Origin: Azolla caroliniana | Lineage: Eukaryota > Plantae > Polypodiophyta | Assembly (NCBI GenBank): GCA_043228905.1 | Contig: JBHGNT010000015.1 | Span: 14,012,001 to 14,076,000, forward strand | DNA: 64,000 nucleotides | Reading direction: 5' to 3' | Part shown: positions 23,936 through 36,097 of the stretch, piece after piece | Numbering within the stretch: position 1 is the first letter of the stretch | How the letters are laid out: each line of letters opens with the position of its first letter | Program-made: the position numbers and the translations under genes | The notes under the pieces: generated by a model | What the model was told of the DNA's origin: nothing | The model's input: only the letters and a program-made list of their open reading frames with translations | Database searches by the model: none

Positions 23936-25066
23936 CGTTTTATAGAGCAATTCCTGGTATGCTTTCTCGATTACTTTACACTGCAAGTTCAGGACGTCTT
24001 CCACAGACTGTATGTACCCCCGCCAACACCCCCACCATGATGTACATTGAAGATAACATTCGTAGTGTGAGTTGTAGCCTACAGGTGAAAAATCCATCAA
24101 TCGTATGAATTGTAGCCTCCAAGCGTTAATATGTAATAGGCAAGTTAATAGCGTTAAAGGAAATCTCCTTGGGGAAAAAATATTGTATGTTAATCTATAC
24201 CTTATGATTATTGGTTGGGCGATGTGGAATGGAGGAAATTCCATAAGGACAACATGCAAATGCCATTGATCTTATGAAAGGTTGTTTGCACTGTAATAAG
24301 AGACTCTACTTTCGTTTGCTCTCTCACATGAAGATTTCTTGGTACTTAATGTAGAATTCCAGGATAAATGCTAACAATAGGCCGTGCCGCAATAAATGTC
24401 AGATAAATTATGTGTGGATATTTTATTTTAGGCAAGGGAAATCTGTCAAGTGTTTTTCTTTTTCGCAGCCAGGTATGTTGTTGTTGGATAGAATATGGTT
24501 TTGTATTGGTATGGTTCTAAATTTCTTACGATAAATTGTCATGTATTTGAATGTTTCTTATGTCCTTAAAATGCATGATGAAGCCAGTTGTAGCAGAGCA
24601 TTGTATATCACATTCTTCAAAATAGAAACGAATCCAATCCCTCTTGAACAGTTCACTAACTTTGTTGAGTTTGTGCCCATCCAAATGGTTCTCTAGGGTT
24701 AGCACAAAGTGAGCTTTGGAAGGACCCAATATAAAGTCTAGCTCTTGCTAAAACTTACAAATTCCTTGGTGATAATGTTCACCTCTAAGTCCACACACAT
24801 TCCACATGATGAGATGCATTCTTGGAAAAGCAATTTAGATAGCTCCTTCATAGCATTTCGATAAACAACTATGTTGATATGTTCTCATTTAGATGATCCC
24901 AAGCCTTTAAAATATTGGATTTGTGATGGAATTCTAGTGCAACATTAAGCATGTTTAAAGAAACGGATTCATGGGCCAATTGTACTTGTATAGAGGTCAA
25001 TCCCTATTGCATATCCCACAATGCATTTTGCAGCTTGAGCATTTTGAAGAGTCAACGCTTACATCC

Positions 25067-25303
25067 TTACCACTAACACGTTAGTGTAGTGGTAGTGGGG
25101 GGAAGGCTCGAACACTAAGGGTGAAAGTTCAAATACCCCCATTGCTAGCTAATGAACATGTGGTACCTTGCCTTCAGGCGGTGTTTGGCTTTGAGGAATA
25201 TGTAATGGTGAGTGTGTTCCTTCAGGTGGTTGGGTGAGTGCGTGTGTGTGTGTTTTTGGGGGTGGTGCCTTATACTACAAGTCATGCATCAGAATCTGGC
25301 AGT
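25067..25303 (+). mobile_element. Putative tRNA-derived SINE, copy 2 (cut by LTR at 25304)
   Basis: A-box-like TAGTGTAGTGG (25082) and B-box-like GTTCAAATAC (25127) at tRNA-like spacing. Similar to 20023-20240. Confidence 0.55.
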
Positions 25304-26394
25304 TGTCAAGGACTATATAAACATATTATATTATATAAAAGAAAAATAGAACAAGGAATGAATAGATAATAGACAATAATCAAGGACTATATAAACATAT
25401 TATATTATATAAAAGAAAATTAGAACAAGGAATGAATAGATAATAGACAATAATGGATGAATATATTGATTGTCGAAGATACAATGGTAGCTACAAAGAC
25501 TATAGTTGTAGAGGCTTAAGAGGTTAAAATTACCCGAAGGCCTCCTTATATACAACACATGATCCACGATGCTATGACGCATTGCAAACATTCACAGTTT
25601 TGCTACATGCATGAGCATCACATGCATGATCCACATGTACACAATCCATGCATGACCATCATCCCATGATCATCATCCACATGACCATTATCCTCATGAC
25701 TATCATCCACATGACCATCGTACATCATCATAGCAATCAATGCATAATATAATCTTCACGAGCACCACTAGACTCAACATAATGGCATTGACCCATTGGT
25801 TATGACCTCACCACGTGTAGCCCTAAGGTCAATGGTTCTAGTCATGATCATGACTCTATCCCCCTCTTAGAATGACGAGTTGTACGAGTCAGCATGGAGA
25901 TATGAAGACCGGGCTTTTAAGGATACTGACTGTGAAACTCCTGGATAAGATCATGAGCATTCACCAAATGTGCATCAAGTTCCCATGTGCGATATTGTGC
26001 CCCATAACCTTCCCAATCCACCAAATAATATAGGTGACCTCGGATCTTCAAGTCAAGAATGGTTGCAACCTCGTACTCAGATCCATCAACAATCTCTATT
26101 GCAGGTGGATCACAAGGTCGAGTCATTTCTAGATGTCAACATAGTAGCCACACTCTATCCCCCAGTGTGAAATGTGTGTTGAACTCGATGGCAATCAACA
26201 ACTTGTTTTTGTGATCCTTGAGCATGTTGTAACTGAGTTGTTACATCTAGTTGTATTTGACGAATCTAAGATAATCAATTCTCTGCACTAGGATTGGTAG
26301 AAGCTTGAGGGATCTCTAGGAAGGTCCAATATTGATGTTGACCACTATGTGCAAAGAATGGGGTGACCTTAATAGAGGAATGCACTAAATTATT
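25304..26394 (-). mobile_element. 3' end of chromovirus family B (integrase C-terminus, chromodomain, PPT, 3' LTR ~25304-25856)
   Basis: Chromodomain EYEVATILD...[10 protein letters not shown]...RTWE (25917-26126). PPT AGAGGGGGATAG. The LTR contains a ~75-bp tandem duplication at 25306-25455. It is an inverted homolog of 55417-56478. Confidence 0.9.
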
Positions 26395-29300
26395 TGTTTA
26401 GCGGCAAGCTCAACCGGATCCGGATCGGCTGAATAAGCTTGAGCCGGATCAACATCCGAAAGGATGAGCCGGATTGGTGAGCCGCTCAGCAAGATCAAGT
26501 AGTAACCAGGTGCCTAGTAGCAGCCTAAACTACTAGGTAGTTGATGTCTCGTAGTTAGTGTCACACGCTCGTGTGAGCATTGAAGTACATTGTACTTCTG
26601 TCAGTCCTCTTAGGACTTGTATAAATAGTGTTGTTGAGCACGTTGTATATACAGAGAATTTTACAAAGTTGTTCTGCTCTTTCTCTGTCTGTCTTGCGTA
26701 CCTTCTGTGTGCTAATCTCTCTCTTTCTCTGTTGCTATCCGGCTAAGCCGGCTGTCTAACGCTTCCGCACCTTCGTTTTTACATGGTATCAGAGCACGAG
26801 GGTTGAGAACCTTTGCAGCTGACATCAACATCTGAAGACAAACCCTAAGACCCGGTAAGAACAGAAAGAGAAGTGATGGAAAGAGGAATGGCTAGCTCGC
26901 TCCCGGTGGAGAAGCTCAATAGATCTAACTACGCATCTTGGTCATACAAGATGCACCAGTACCTACTTGGGCATGGTTACTGATGGTTACTGATCGGGAG
27001 GATCCAAAACTAGGAAAGTCGGTAAAGGGCCAGCCTTGGTGATGAAACACGAGGCTAACTCGATGAAGAAGACCACTTCCAAATCAGAGGAAGTGTGATA
27101 CGTTGATTCCAATGCGTCGAATTACATGACGAGCCACAAAGAGTGGTTCTCTTTCTTGGAGAAAACAGAACAACCGGGAGTTGTCGAAACCAGAGACGAC
27201 ACTCCTCACCCAATCGTGCATGTCAGAGAAGTCCCTTTGAGCCATGTCGGACAGAGGGGGAAGCTTATGAACGTAGTACACATTCCGACTATCACGAAAA
27301 ACCTGGTGTCAGTCGGTCAGACTGTTGAACAAGGGATGCGCTTCATCGAGGAAGAGGGCCAAATTATTGCGCAAGGGTGCAGAGATGGGAGGATGTTCAT
27401 CCTCGACATCAATGACATCGGCACCAGTTTGTTCACCAAAGAACAGAAGACTGAATTAGATATTGATCTCTGGCACAAGCAGATCGGCCACATCAATTAC
27501 CGGAGGCTTCAAGACCTGCAAACAAAACAAGTTGTTTTCGGTTTGACAAAGTTCAGTGGCCAGAAGGTCCAAATATGTGAAGCCTGCCAACTCTGGAAGC
27601 AACACCGGCTTCCATTCCCCACTGAACGAAACCGTAGTCGTAACAAGCTCGACCTTATTCATTCGGATGTATGGGGACCGGCACAAAACGTTAGTCTTGG
27701 CGGGAGTCGATACTTCGTCTCCTTCATTGACAACCACAGTCGGCACACATGGATCTACCTCACTAAGCGGATGAGCGAAGTCTTCGAGTGTTTTCGAAAC
27801 CTTCAAAACTTGGTTGAACGGGAAACGAAGAGGAAGATCAAGTGCCTGTGGTCGGATGATGGAAAAGAATATTTTTCCGGCCAATTCAACAGTTATCTGC
27901 AACAAAAAGGAATTCGGAGAGAGTTCAGCTGCAGATACACACCGAAGCAAAACGATGTGGCCGAGAGGAAGAACCGAACAATTATCGACGCGACAAGGGC
28001 AATGATGGAGGAGAAGAGCATGCCCCATTTCTATTGGGCCGAGGCAGTCCGAACGGCCGTCTATATCCAAAACAAGATCGGTGACAAGGTGTCCGCGCAT
28101 GAGCTATATTTCGGGCGCAAGCCAAATTTGAGACACCTTCGGATATTCGGTAGCATTGCATATGTGCATGTGCCGGATGGGAAGCGGAGGAAGTTGGATG
28201 CAAAGTTGAAGAAATGCATCCTAGTCGGTTACTCGCATGAGCAAAAGGGATATAAGTGTTATAACCCCCAGACGAAGCAAGTTCGAGTTAGCCGGGATGT
28301 TGAGTTTGATGAAACGGCATCATGGTATGCCTTACCGGCTCCGACTTCCGACCCCGACCCGATACCGGATGATGAGGCTAGTGAGCCTGAACCGGTCCAC
28401 TTAGAAGATGAAGGGTTCGAGACTCTAGATGTGAGTCCGGAATCGTTTCGGTTTAGCGGGCCGAACGAGTGACTGGGTCAGACAGACCATTCGGAAGATG
28501 AATCGGTGAGTGGTGGAGACTCTGCTGTGTTCCCCCCGTGCATAGAACCGAGGAGACGGTTCACACGCAAGGAAAAGGGGAAGAGGAAAATGCCTGAGCA
28601 TGAGACCGGCAATGGTGAGTTAGATCGGAGCGGATCCGACTCCGAAAAAGAAGAAGGCGGACCTTCGGCAACGAAGACCGAACCGGCCAAGAAGGGCCTC
28701 AAACCGGGTAACGATCAGTTACGCCGGTCTTCCCACCAGAAGAACCCCGTGAAGTGGTACGGGTACAATGAGTACATGGCGCATCATTATGCGTACATGA
28801 CCAAGGTGGCAGAAGTGCGTGAGCTGGAGAGCTACGCAGAAGCGGCAAAGGATGCAAATTGGTGTGCCACTATGGAGGAAGAAATGTGGGCACTTGATGC
28901 CAACGACACATGGGACCTAGTTGACCCTCCCCGACACTGTAAACCGATCAGATGTAAGTGGGTGTACAAGGTAAAGTACAATGCCGACGGTTCGGTTAAC
29001 CGGTACAAGGCCCGGTTAGTGGCAAAGGGATACACGCAGACCCACGGAATCGACTACGACGAGACCTTCGCTCCGGTAGCGAAGATGATGACGGTTCGTG
29101 TGGTGCTGGCGGTTACTGCGGCAAGGGGGTGGCATTTTCACCAGATGGACATAAAGAATGCATTTCTTCAAGGAGATTTTGAAGAAGTGGTCTTTATGAC
29201 CCAACCCCCCAGTTTCCAGTCGGAGATGAACAAGACGGCGGTATGCCGGCTAAAGAAGTCAGTTTATGGCCTGAAGCAAGCCCCCCGAGCTTGGAATGCG

Positions 29301-29953
29301 AAGAGCACGCACCAGTTGCGTAAGATGGGGTTTGCGGCCTCCAAGTCAGACTCTTCGTTGTTCATCCGTCAAGGTTCGGACGGTCTGGTTTGCAACTTGC
29401 TGTATGTTGATGATCTAGTCATCACCTGACCCAGACTCGATGAAATCAGCCAAGTCAAGTCCCAGCTGTCGGACGCATTTGAGATAAAGGACTTGGGAGA
29501 CCTTCACTATTTCCTTGGGATCGAGGTGATCTGAACCCCCGAGGACATATTGCTCTCACAAAGACACTATGTGTTGAATATATTGTACAAGTTCGGCATG
29601 ACGGAAGGCTGATCGATGTCCACACCCCTGGACCAGAATCTGAAGCACCGGACCGGCCTGCGATGAGAAGCAGTTCGGACAAATCGTCGAAAGCCTTATA
29701 TATTTGACAATCTCCCGACCCGACATCAGTTATCCGATTGACGTGATCAGCCAATATATGGAGCAGCCGACCGTGGAGCACTTTCTGTGCGCGCATAGAA
29801 TTTTGTGATATGTGAGCAGCACGAAGGACCGGGGACTATTATACCAACATGGTATAACCGAAGAGCTAGTCGGCTACACCGATGCTGACTGGGCCGGCGA
29901 TGTATCGGATCGCCGAACCACCTCCGGTTATATGTTTTCCCTTGGTAGCGCGG
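26395..29953 (+). mobile_element. Ty1/Copia element 1 (5' LTR 26395-26783, gag internally deleted, 3'-truncated in RNase H by a Gypsy insertion)
   Basis: TGTT...TACA LTR and PBS TGGTATCAGAGC (tRNA-iMet) at 26784-26795. gag start MASSLPVEKLNRSNYASWSYKM. Domain order is IN-RT-RH. Confidence 0.95.
27126..29953 (+). pseudogene. Copia 1 pol: GAG-pre-integrase, integrase, RT, start of RNase H
   Basis: Motifs LWHKQIGH, CEACQ, LIHSDVWGP, AERKNRT, YKARLVAKGY, QMDIKNAFL, LLYVDDLVI and GYTDADWAG, with in-frame stops. Confidence 0.95.
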
Positions 29954-32153
29954 TGTCGTGTTATTCTGCATGCGCAGGGGGGCTAAGGCGGGGCCGCGAG
30001 GGCCCTGAACCGGGGAATAACTGAACAGAGGGAGGAGCACCCTAAAACCATGGTCGAGCCACGCACACAAATACACAGAGAACTCACAATCAAGATCGAA
30101 CAACGAATAAGGAATATATATATATATATATGATCAAGATTACACCCGGTTAGCCGGTAAGTGTCAACGCGCTGGTGCCAACGCACACAACAACGCGGGA
30201 TGGAGCCTCTGCCTGAAGCACTCGGGCTTTCCACGAAGCATAGGCAACCTCCCAAAACCTATAGAGAATGATGAAAGAAAGAGGAGAACAGCTCAATTCC
30301 TGTCCAACAGCACTTTGTCCTCGATAACCCCTTACTCAGTCTCCTTTCCTCTCCTTTTATAGCCCAAAAAGAGAGACGTTACAGTCTGTTCCCTCCCTTT
30401 TATTCTCTGCCCCTTTTCATAGAGATACTCCTCGATTCCCTACCTAATGCATACGTGCTACCTAGGATATTCACATTGCCAACCTGTACCTAACTATGTA
30501 CGATACATCAAAACATGTGCCCGCGTGTAAGGGTTGGTTCACGCATACTATTCACCGATTCCTCCCAGGGATGGTTTTCTCCACAACATCTGCCCCCACC
30601 TAACCGCACATCCACTGGTATGCGCCAGAATAGAACTTTGCCAGAGAAGACCGGCCCACGCTTATCTTTCGTTCTCCAGATTGTCATCCGCTCCGAACCG
30701 GTTGTCGTCACCATCCATGTCCTCTGGGTCTGGTTCGTCCTCGTGCCGCTTCTTGAAAGCCTTGATCCTCTTCCTCGCCACCAGCACAGCTATTCTCATT
30801 CCGTCGAGCTCCGCGAGATGGTAGGTGCCGTTGTCGTTGGTGCTCATCACCGTGTAAGGCCCGAACCACCTCATCGTAAATTTCCGCATCGCCTTGTGCT
30901 GGTTGTTGAGGTTGCTGTCGTAGACCAGAACCCAGTCGCCTTCCTCGATTTTCTTCGGTCATAGTCGGTGAGTCCGGTCAAATCGCCCCTTGTTCTTTGT
31001 CCTTGCCGCATGCAGCTTCTCCATTGCTCGTTCCACGTCCTCCAGTCTTCGCTTGAGTTGTCAGATTCACGTCGCTAATAGCTCCTCTCGACTCATCTCG
31101 TCTCTCCAGTCCATCGTGGCCCATGAGGAGATCGTTTGCTTCATCGGTATGATCGGCTTTTGCCCGTACATCAGCTCTGCCAGCATGAATCCGGTTACCG
31201 AACTGTGCGTAGTTCGGTCCGCCCACAACGAGTAAGGTAGGAGCCGCGGCCAATTCCCGACTTGGCCTTCACATGCCCGTACCAACACCTTTACGATTAG
31301 CCCGTGTCTGCGTTCCACCTTCCCGTTTGCCTCCGGATTATACGCCGTGGTGAGTGAGAGTTTAACCCCTAACCGATCGAACAACCGTGGTCAGCGAGAG
31401 TTTAACCCCTAACCGATCGAACAACTCTTCAGCCTCTTGTGCATCCAGTTCTCCACAGTCCGCTACGATCTTCCTTACGCACCTATACCGACATACCACC
31501 TCTTCAATTAGGAACCGGCACACGGCCACGGTCGTCTTGTTCGGTAACGCTCGACCCAGTCGCTCGTCCCGATGTCGGACTATGGAATGCATCTTACAGC
31601 TTTCGCAAGTTGTTACGAACCGATGCATGTCCTGATACAGTCCCGGCCACCAGTACTTCTCCTTCAGTTTCTTGAACGTGGCCCATGTCCCCCAATGTCT
31701 GGCCCAAGGACTCTCGTGGTACGCAATCAGCAATGCTTCCTGCTCCTCCTTCCTCGCCACTACCCGAAGTGGGACACCATCTCACTTCCTCAAGTGCTTC
31801 CATATGCTTCTGTCCCGTCGGAAAAACCGGTACGCTTTCTTCCGGATCCGGTTAGCCTCTTCTTTTGTCCACGCCATGTCCGGCATCATCGTTTTTAGGA
31901 ACCTACCAATCTGGAGCCACTCCCCGTCGTACTTGCTCTCGTCGACCTTGTTAAGCACCGGAGTGCTCCCCTTTCTCGTCGTCACGTAAGTCATCTCAAA
32001 GAAGTCCACGCCGACATCCTCGTCCTCTGAAACCATGCCTGCCGTCCTCGGCATTAAAACTAGCTCTCGAAAGCATGTCGTCCATGGCGTTGTCCTTCCC
32101 GAAGATGTGCCATATCTTTGGATTCCGGGACTTAATGTACACTATCCACCTGA

Positions 32154-32200
32154 GCATTGCCAGGTCCGGCATTGCCAGGTCCGGCATTGCCAGGTCCGGC
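32154..32200. repeat. 15-bp in-frame tandem triplication (MPDLA x3) in C2 RNase H
   Basis: gcattgccaggtccg is repeated. Element C1 has a single TPDIA at the homologous site. Confidence 0.9.
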
Positions 32201-34220
32201 ATCGCGCATCCGGAAACCATACCGAGAATCGGTAGGCAGTCCGTCTCTATTATTACCTCTGTCCCTATCAGGTTGTCTTTGTCGGCCTTGACCGCCAAAA
32301 CGATACCCCAGAGCTCACATTTAACCTGGGTGTATCCTCGCTATCGCTCCCTAAGTACCTTTGCACCGAACCGGATGGGGAACCTTGTGATGTTCTCAAC
32401 CCCCTGGTTGATCACCCATCCGATCCCTGTCGGACTCGAGTCTACAGTTACATAAATCGGAACATGTTTGTCGTAGACCACTTTCCGGAGTGTCGGTGCC
32501 GTGGCAAGCGCCTCTTTCATTTTCCAGACCAACTCCGCATGCACCCCACTCCACTCGAACTTGCGCCCTTTCTTCAACAACCTGTAGAGCGGCGCCGCGA
32601 TATGAGCGTAATGCAGGATCCAAATGTGGTAGAACACCAAGCTCCCAAGCACCTCCAGACTTCTGGAACCGACCTGCAGTCTTCCTTCATTGCGGAGATA
32701 GCTTCGACCTTAGTCGGAGACGGTTTCCAGCCATAAGGCCCGCACAAGTGTCCGACGACCATGATTTCCGACTGTCCGAAGGCCGATTTCTCCCCGGAGA
32801 AGGTGAGCCGCACGCCTTCCAGCTTTTGTAGCACCTCCTCACAGTCTCCGATGTGGTCCAAGAAGAATTTCCAACACCCATCTGGTCCGACCATTTCGTC
32901 CTTATCCTCCACCGGACATCCCTTGATCGGAATGTCATCCAAAAACGACATGGTGATGTCCGGGATGCAGTCCCTTAGCACCTTATTCATCGCATTCACC
33001 ATGTGCACTACCGAGTTTGTGCCCCCTTGCAGAAGGGTACACATCCACACTAGGCCGACAGGAGTCTTCATTGTCATAATATCCCTGCTCTCTACGGCTA
33101 GTTGGAATTGGTCATACCCTAAGTACAGATCCCCGCCCAAGTAAATCAACCTTCCCGCAAAGGCCTCCGCGAATTCGTCAATGGTAGGTCTGATTCCTGC
33201 GTTACGAATGGTCACCTTGTTGACCGGTTGTAGGTCCTGAATAAAGCGCAACCTACCGTTCTTCTTTGGCATGGTAAACCACTTATTCGAGGATTCCCAT
33301 CTCCACCTTTTGTTTCATAAGCTCCATCAGCTTTAGGATGTGAGCTCTAGGTACTGGAATCGGTTTGAGATTCCACAGCACATGCGATACCGTGAAGATA
33401 ACCATCGGGTCTATGCACCCAATCTCTTTCGGCGAGAATGCGAAGGCCTTCCCGTGCCTCCCGAGCATTCTAAACCGTTCCTCCTCCGCCGGTAGTAGAA
33501 AGCCACCCCCACCAACCTTGAGCTCCTATAGCATTATGTTGGTGAACCGGTGTCGCAAAAATACGACGAGGATACGTGAACTTTGAGGCAGGACCCCGGG
33601 GCCTCCAACCGGAAGATATCAGATTCGTATGATTATATTAAACAATTAATACAAAATGATAAAGATTCACAAATTTCATTAATAAAGGAAAAGAAAGATT
33701 ACAATTAATCCCAAGATTGGGATTACAAAAATTTGCTAATGGAGATGACTAGAGTAATAGATTAGAAGAAATGAAATATGGATTTAATTAGAATATTAGG
33801 GTTTTTGAGTTATATGGCTTTGATTAGGAAATTAGGGTTTATGACTTCCGTAAGGAAATTTAGGGTTCTTGGCTTCGATAAGATAAGAGAGCTCCGAAGG
33901 AAAAGAAGAACAATATAATATGGAGAGAGCATCTGAGTATAGGAAAAAAAATGGAATTATATATGGAGTTCCTCATTGATCATATGCCTCCACTTTTTAT
34001 TGCATGGCCTCTACTTTTAATTGCATAGCTTTTCTTTTCGTTGAATCTATTTTTAGTTGCATGGCTTTTTCTTTAGTTGCATGCGACCGTCCACTTGACC
34101 TTTACTTTAGTCTCTTTTACCTTTCTTTAAATAGCCACATGATCCTTTTATCCGTTCGATTTGCGTCCAACCTCGTACGGTCGCTAGTTCCGCCCGATCG
34201 CCGAATCCCTCGCTGGCCGG

Positions 34221-34590
34221 TAGGGATCGGCAACGGCTCGGCTCAAGCCTAAACCGTTTGGCTTAGCCGGCTTGAAAACGGCTTAGCGGCTTAGCGGCTC
34301 GGCTCGGCTCGGTTTAGGCTTGAACTTGCCTTAACGGTTTGAGCTCGGCTCAGCTTGGCTTGAGCCTCGCCAAACTGGCTCAAGCCGGATAAACCGTTTA
34401 AGCCGTTTATAAACTTTAGAGAGGGGGAGAGAGACAACAGACAAGGGGAAAGAGAGAGAGAGAGTAAGGGAGGGAGAACTACATAGACGAGGAGAGAGAG
34501 ACAGAGGGAGGTAGACAACATATAAGGAGAGAGAGAGAGAGAGACTACACAAACGAGGAGAGAGAGAGAGAGGGAGGGAGACAACATATA

Positions 34591-34624
<34 letters not shown>

Positions 34625-34660
34625 CTACATAGAGGGGAGAGACAGAGAGACTACACAGAG

Positions 34661-34702
<42 letters not shown>

Positions 34703-35317
34703 ACACAGAGAGGACAGAGAGAGAGAGAGAGAGGAACTACATAGAGGGGAGAGAGAGAGAGACTATATAGAGGGGAGAGAGAGAGAGACTATATAGAGGG
34801 GAGAGAGAGAGAGAGATGAACTACATAGAGGGGAGAGAGAGAGAGAGAGAGAGGAACTACATAGAGGGGAGAGAGAGAGAGAGATGAACTACATAGAGGG
34901 GAGAGAGAGAGAGAGAGGGAGGGAGAGTCGAGACCATAGACGTGAGAGAGAGAGAGGAACTACATAGAGGGGAGAGAGAGAGGATTTACATAGAGGGGAG
35001 AGAGGGAGAGGGAGAGAGAGTCGAGACCACAGACGTGAGAGAGAGTGGGAGGGATCATCTGAGAGAGAGAGGGAGGTAGGGAGAGAGAGAGAGAGAGAGA
35101 CGAAGGTTTCTAAACCGGTTTCCAAGCCGGTTTGGAAACCGGTTTCCAAGCCGTTTACCAAGCCGGTTCACAAACCGGTTTAGCCTAAACCAGTTTGTGA
35201 ACCGGTTCGGCTCGGCTCGGCTCAGGTTTGAGATCCTAAAAACGGTTTAGGCTTAGCTGGTTTGGCTTGGATCAGGCCAAACCGGCTAAGCCTAAACCGA
35301 ACCGTTGCCGATCCCTA
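34221..35317. mobile_element. hAT-family MITE / non-autonomous element
   Basis: Perfect 16-bp TIRs TAGGGATCGGCAACGG / CCGTTGCCGATCCCTA and perfect 8-bp TSD CTGGCCGG. Subterminal AAACCG/GGCTC repeats and a (GA)n-rich core. Absent from the sister LTR. Confidence 0.96.
34418..35100. repeat. Compound (GA)n / ACTACATAGAGGGG minisatellite inside the MITE
   Basis: Repeated units of (ga)n-actacatag-agggg; almost purely purine on the + strand. Confidence 0.95.
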
Positions 35318-36097
35318 CTGGCCGGTTCCGGTTTTGCTTGTCGGCCAGTTCCGGTTTGCTTGCCGGTTCTGGTTCCAGTTTTGCTTACCAACCGGTTTCC
35401 GGTTTGCATACCGGTTCCGATTCCGGTTATGCTTACCGGCCGGTTTCCGGTTTGCATACCGGTTCCGGTTTTGCTTACCGGCCGGTTCCGATTTGCATAC
35501 CGGTTCCGGTTCTGGTTTTGCTTACCGGTCGGTTCCGGTTTTGCTTGCTGGCCGGATCCGGTTTGCTTGCCAATTTCGGTTCTGGTTTTGCTTGCTGGTT
35601 CCGGTTCCAATTTTGCATACCAGCCGGTTTCCGGTTCCGGTTTGCATACCGGCTGGTTTCCAAATTTGCTTACCGGACCCATTTTCCGGATTTGCTTACC
35701 GGTTGGTTTCCGGATTTAGGGAATTTGGCCACCATCATCCATCAAGACAAAGTGGCCAAAGTGCTCTTAGAACAAATGAAAAATGAGGGAGCTCAAGGTG
35801 CTTATATAGCCAGGGCCTTAAGTTTCCTATCTATGTGGGATAGTTCGAATTTCTCTATCTTCTCAAACTTTATTTTCACATAACTTGATATGTATTTCTC
35901 CATTTTGTTTGTAGTAAAATACATTTTGAAGCTCTTGAGTATATCCATCTTTCTATAGTAAGCTACTAATCTAATCTATAATAATTATTTCATTATTTTT
36001 TCTACATAGTGTGTGAAGATTCACACGACATTCGCCCCCACCAAACCTGCACATCCACCGGTATGTGCCAATTTTGGTGAGGATTCATTTTTGTTTA

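Larger units (their letters stand above)
33551..36030 (-). repeat. C1 3' LTR (contains a hAT MITE and a CCGGTT-rich minisatellite at 35320-35715)
   Basis: Near-identical to 41772-43238 apart from the MITE and small indels. Confidence 0.95.

Noticed and set aside
24526-25060. Short minus-strand ORF and neighbouring coding-like sequence
   Set aside because: No recognisable motif and multiple stops. No product can be supported without a search.
34291-35161. Ser/Leu-rich ORFs
   Set aside because: Translations of the (GA)n microsatellite in the MITE.
35262-35883. Multiple overlapping 130-290-aa ORFs (also 42253-43122)
   Set aside because: They arise from the stop-poor CCGGTT minisatellite inside the C1 LTRs and are low-complexity in all frames.
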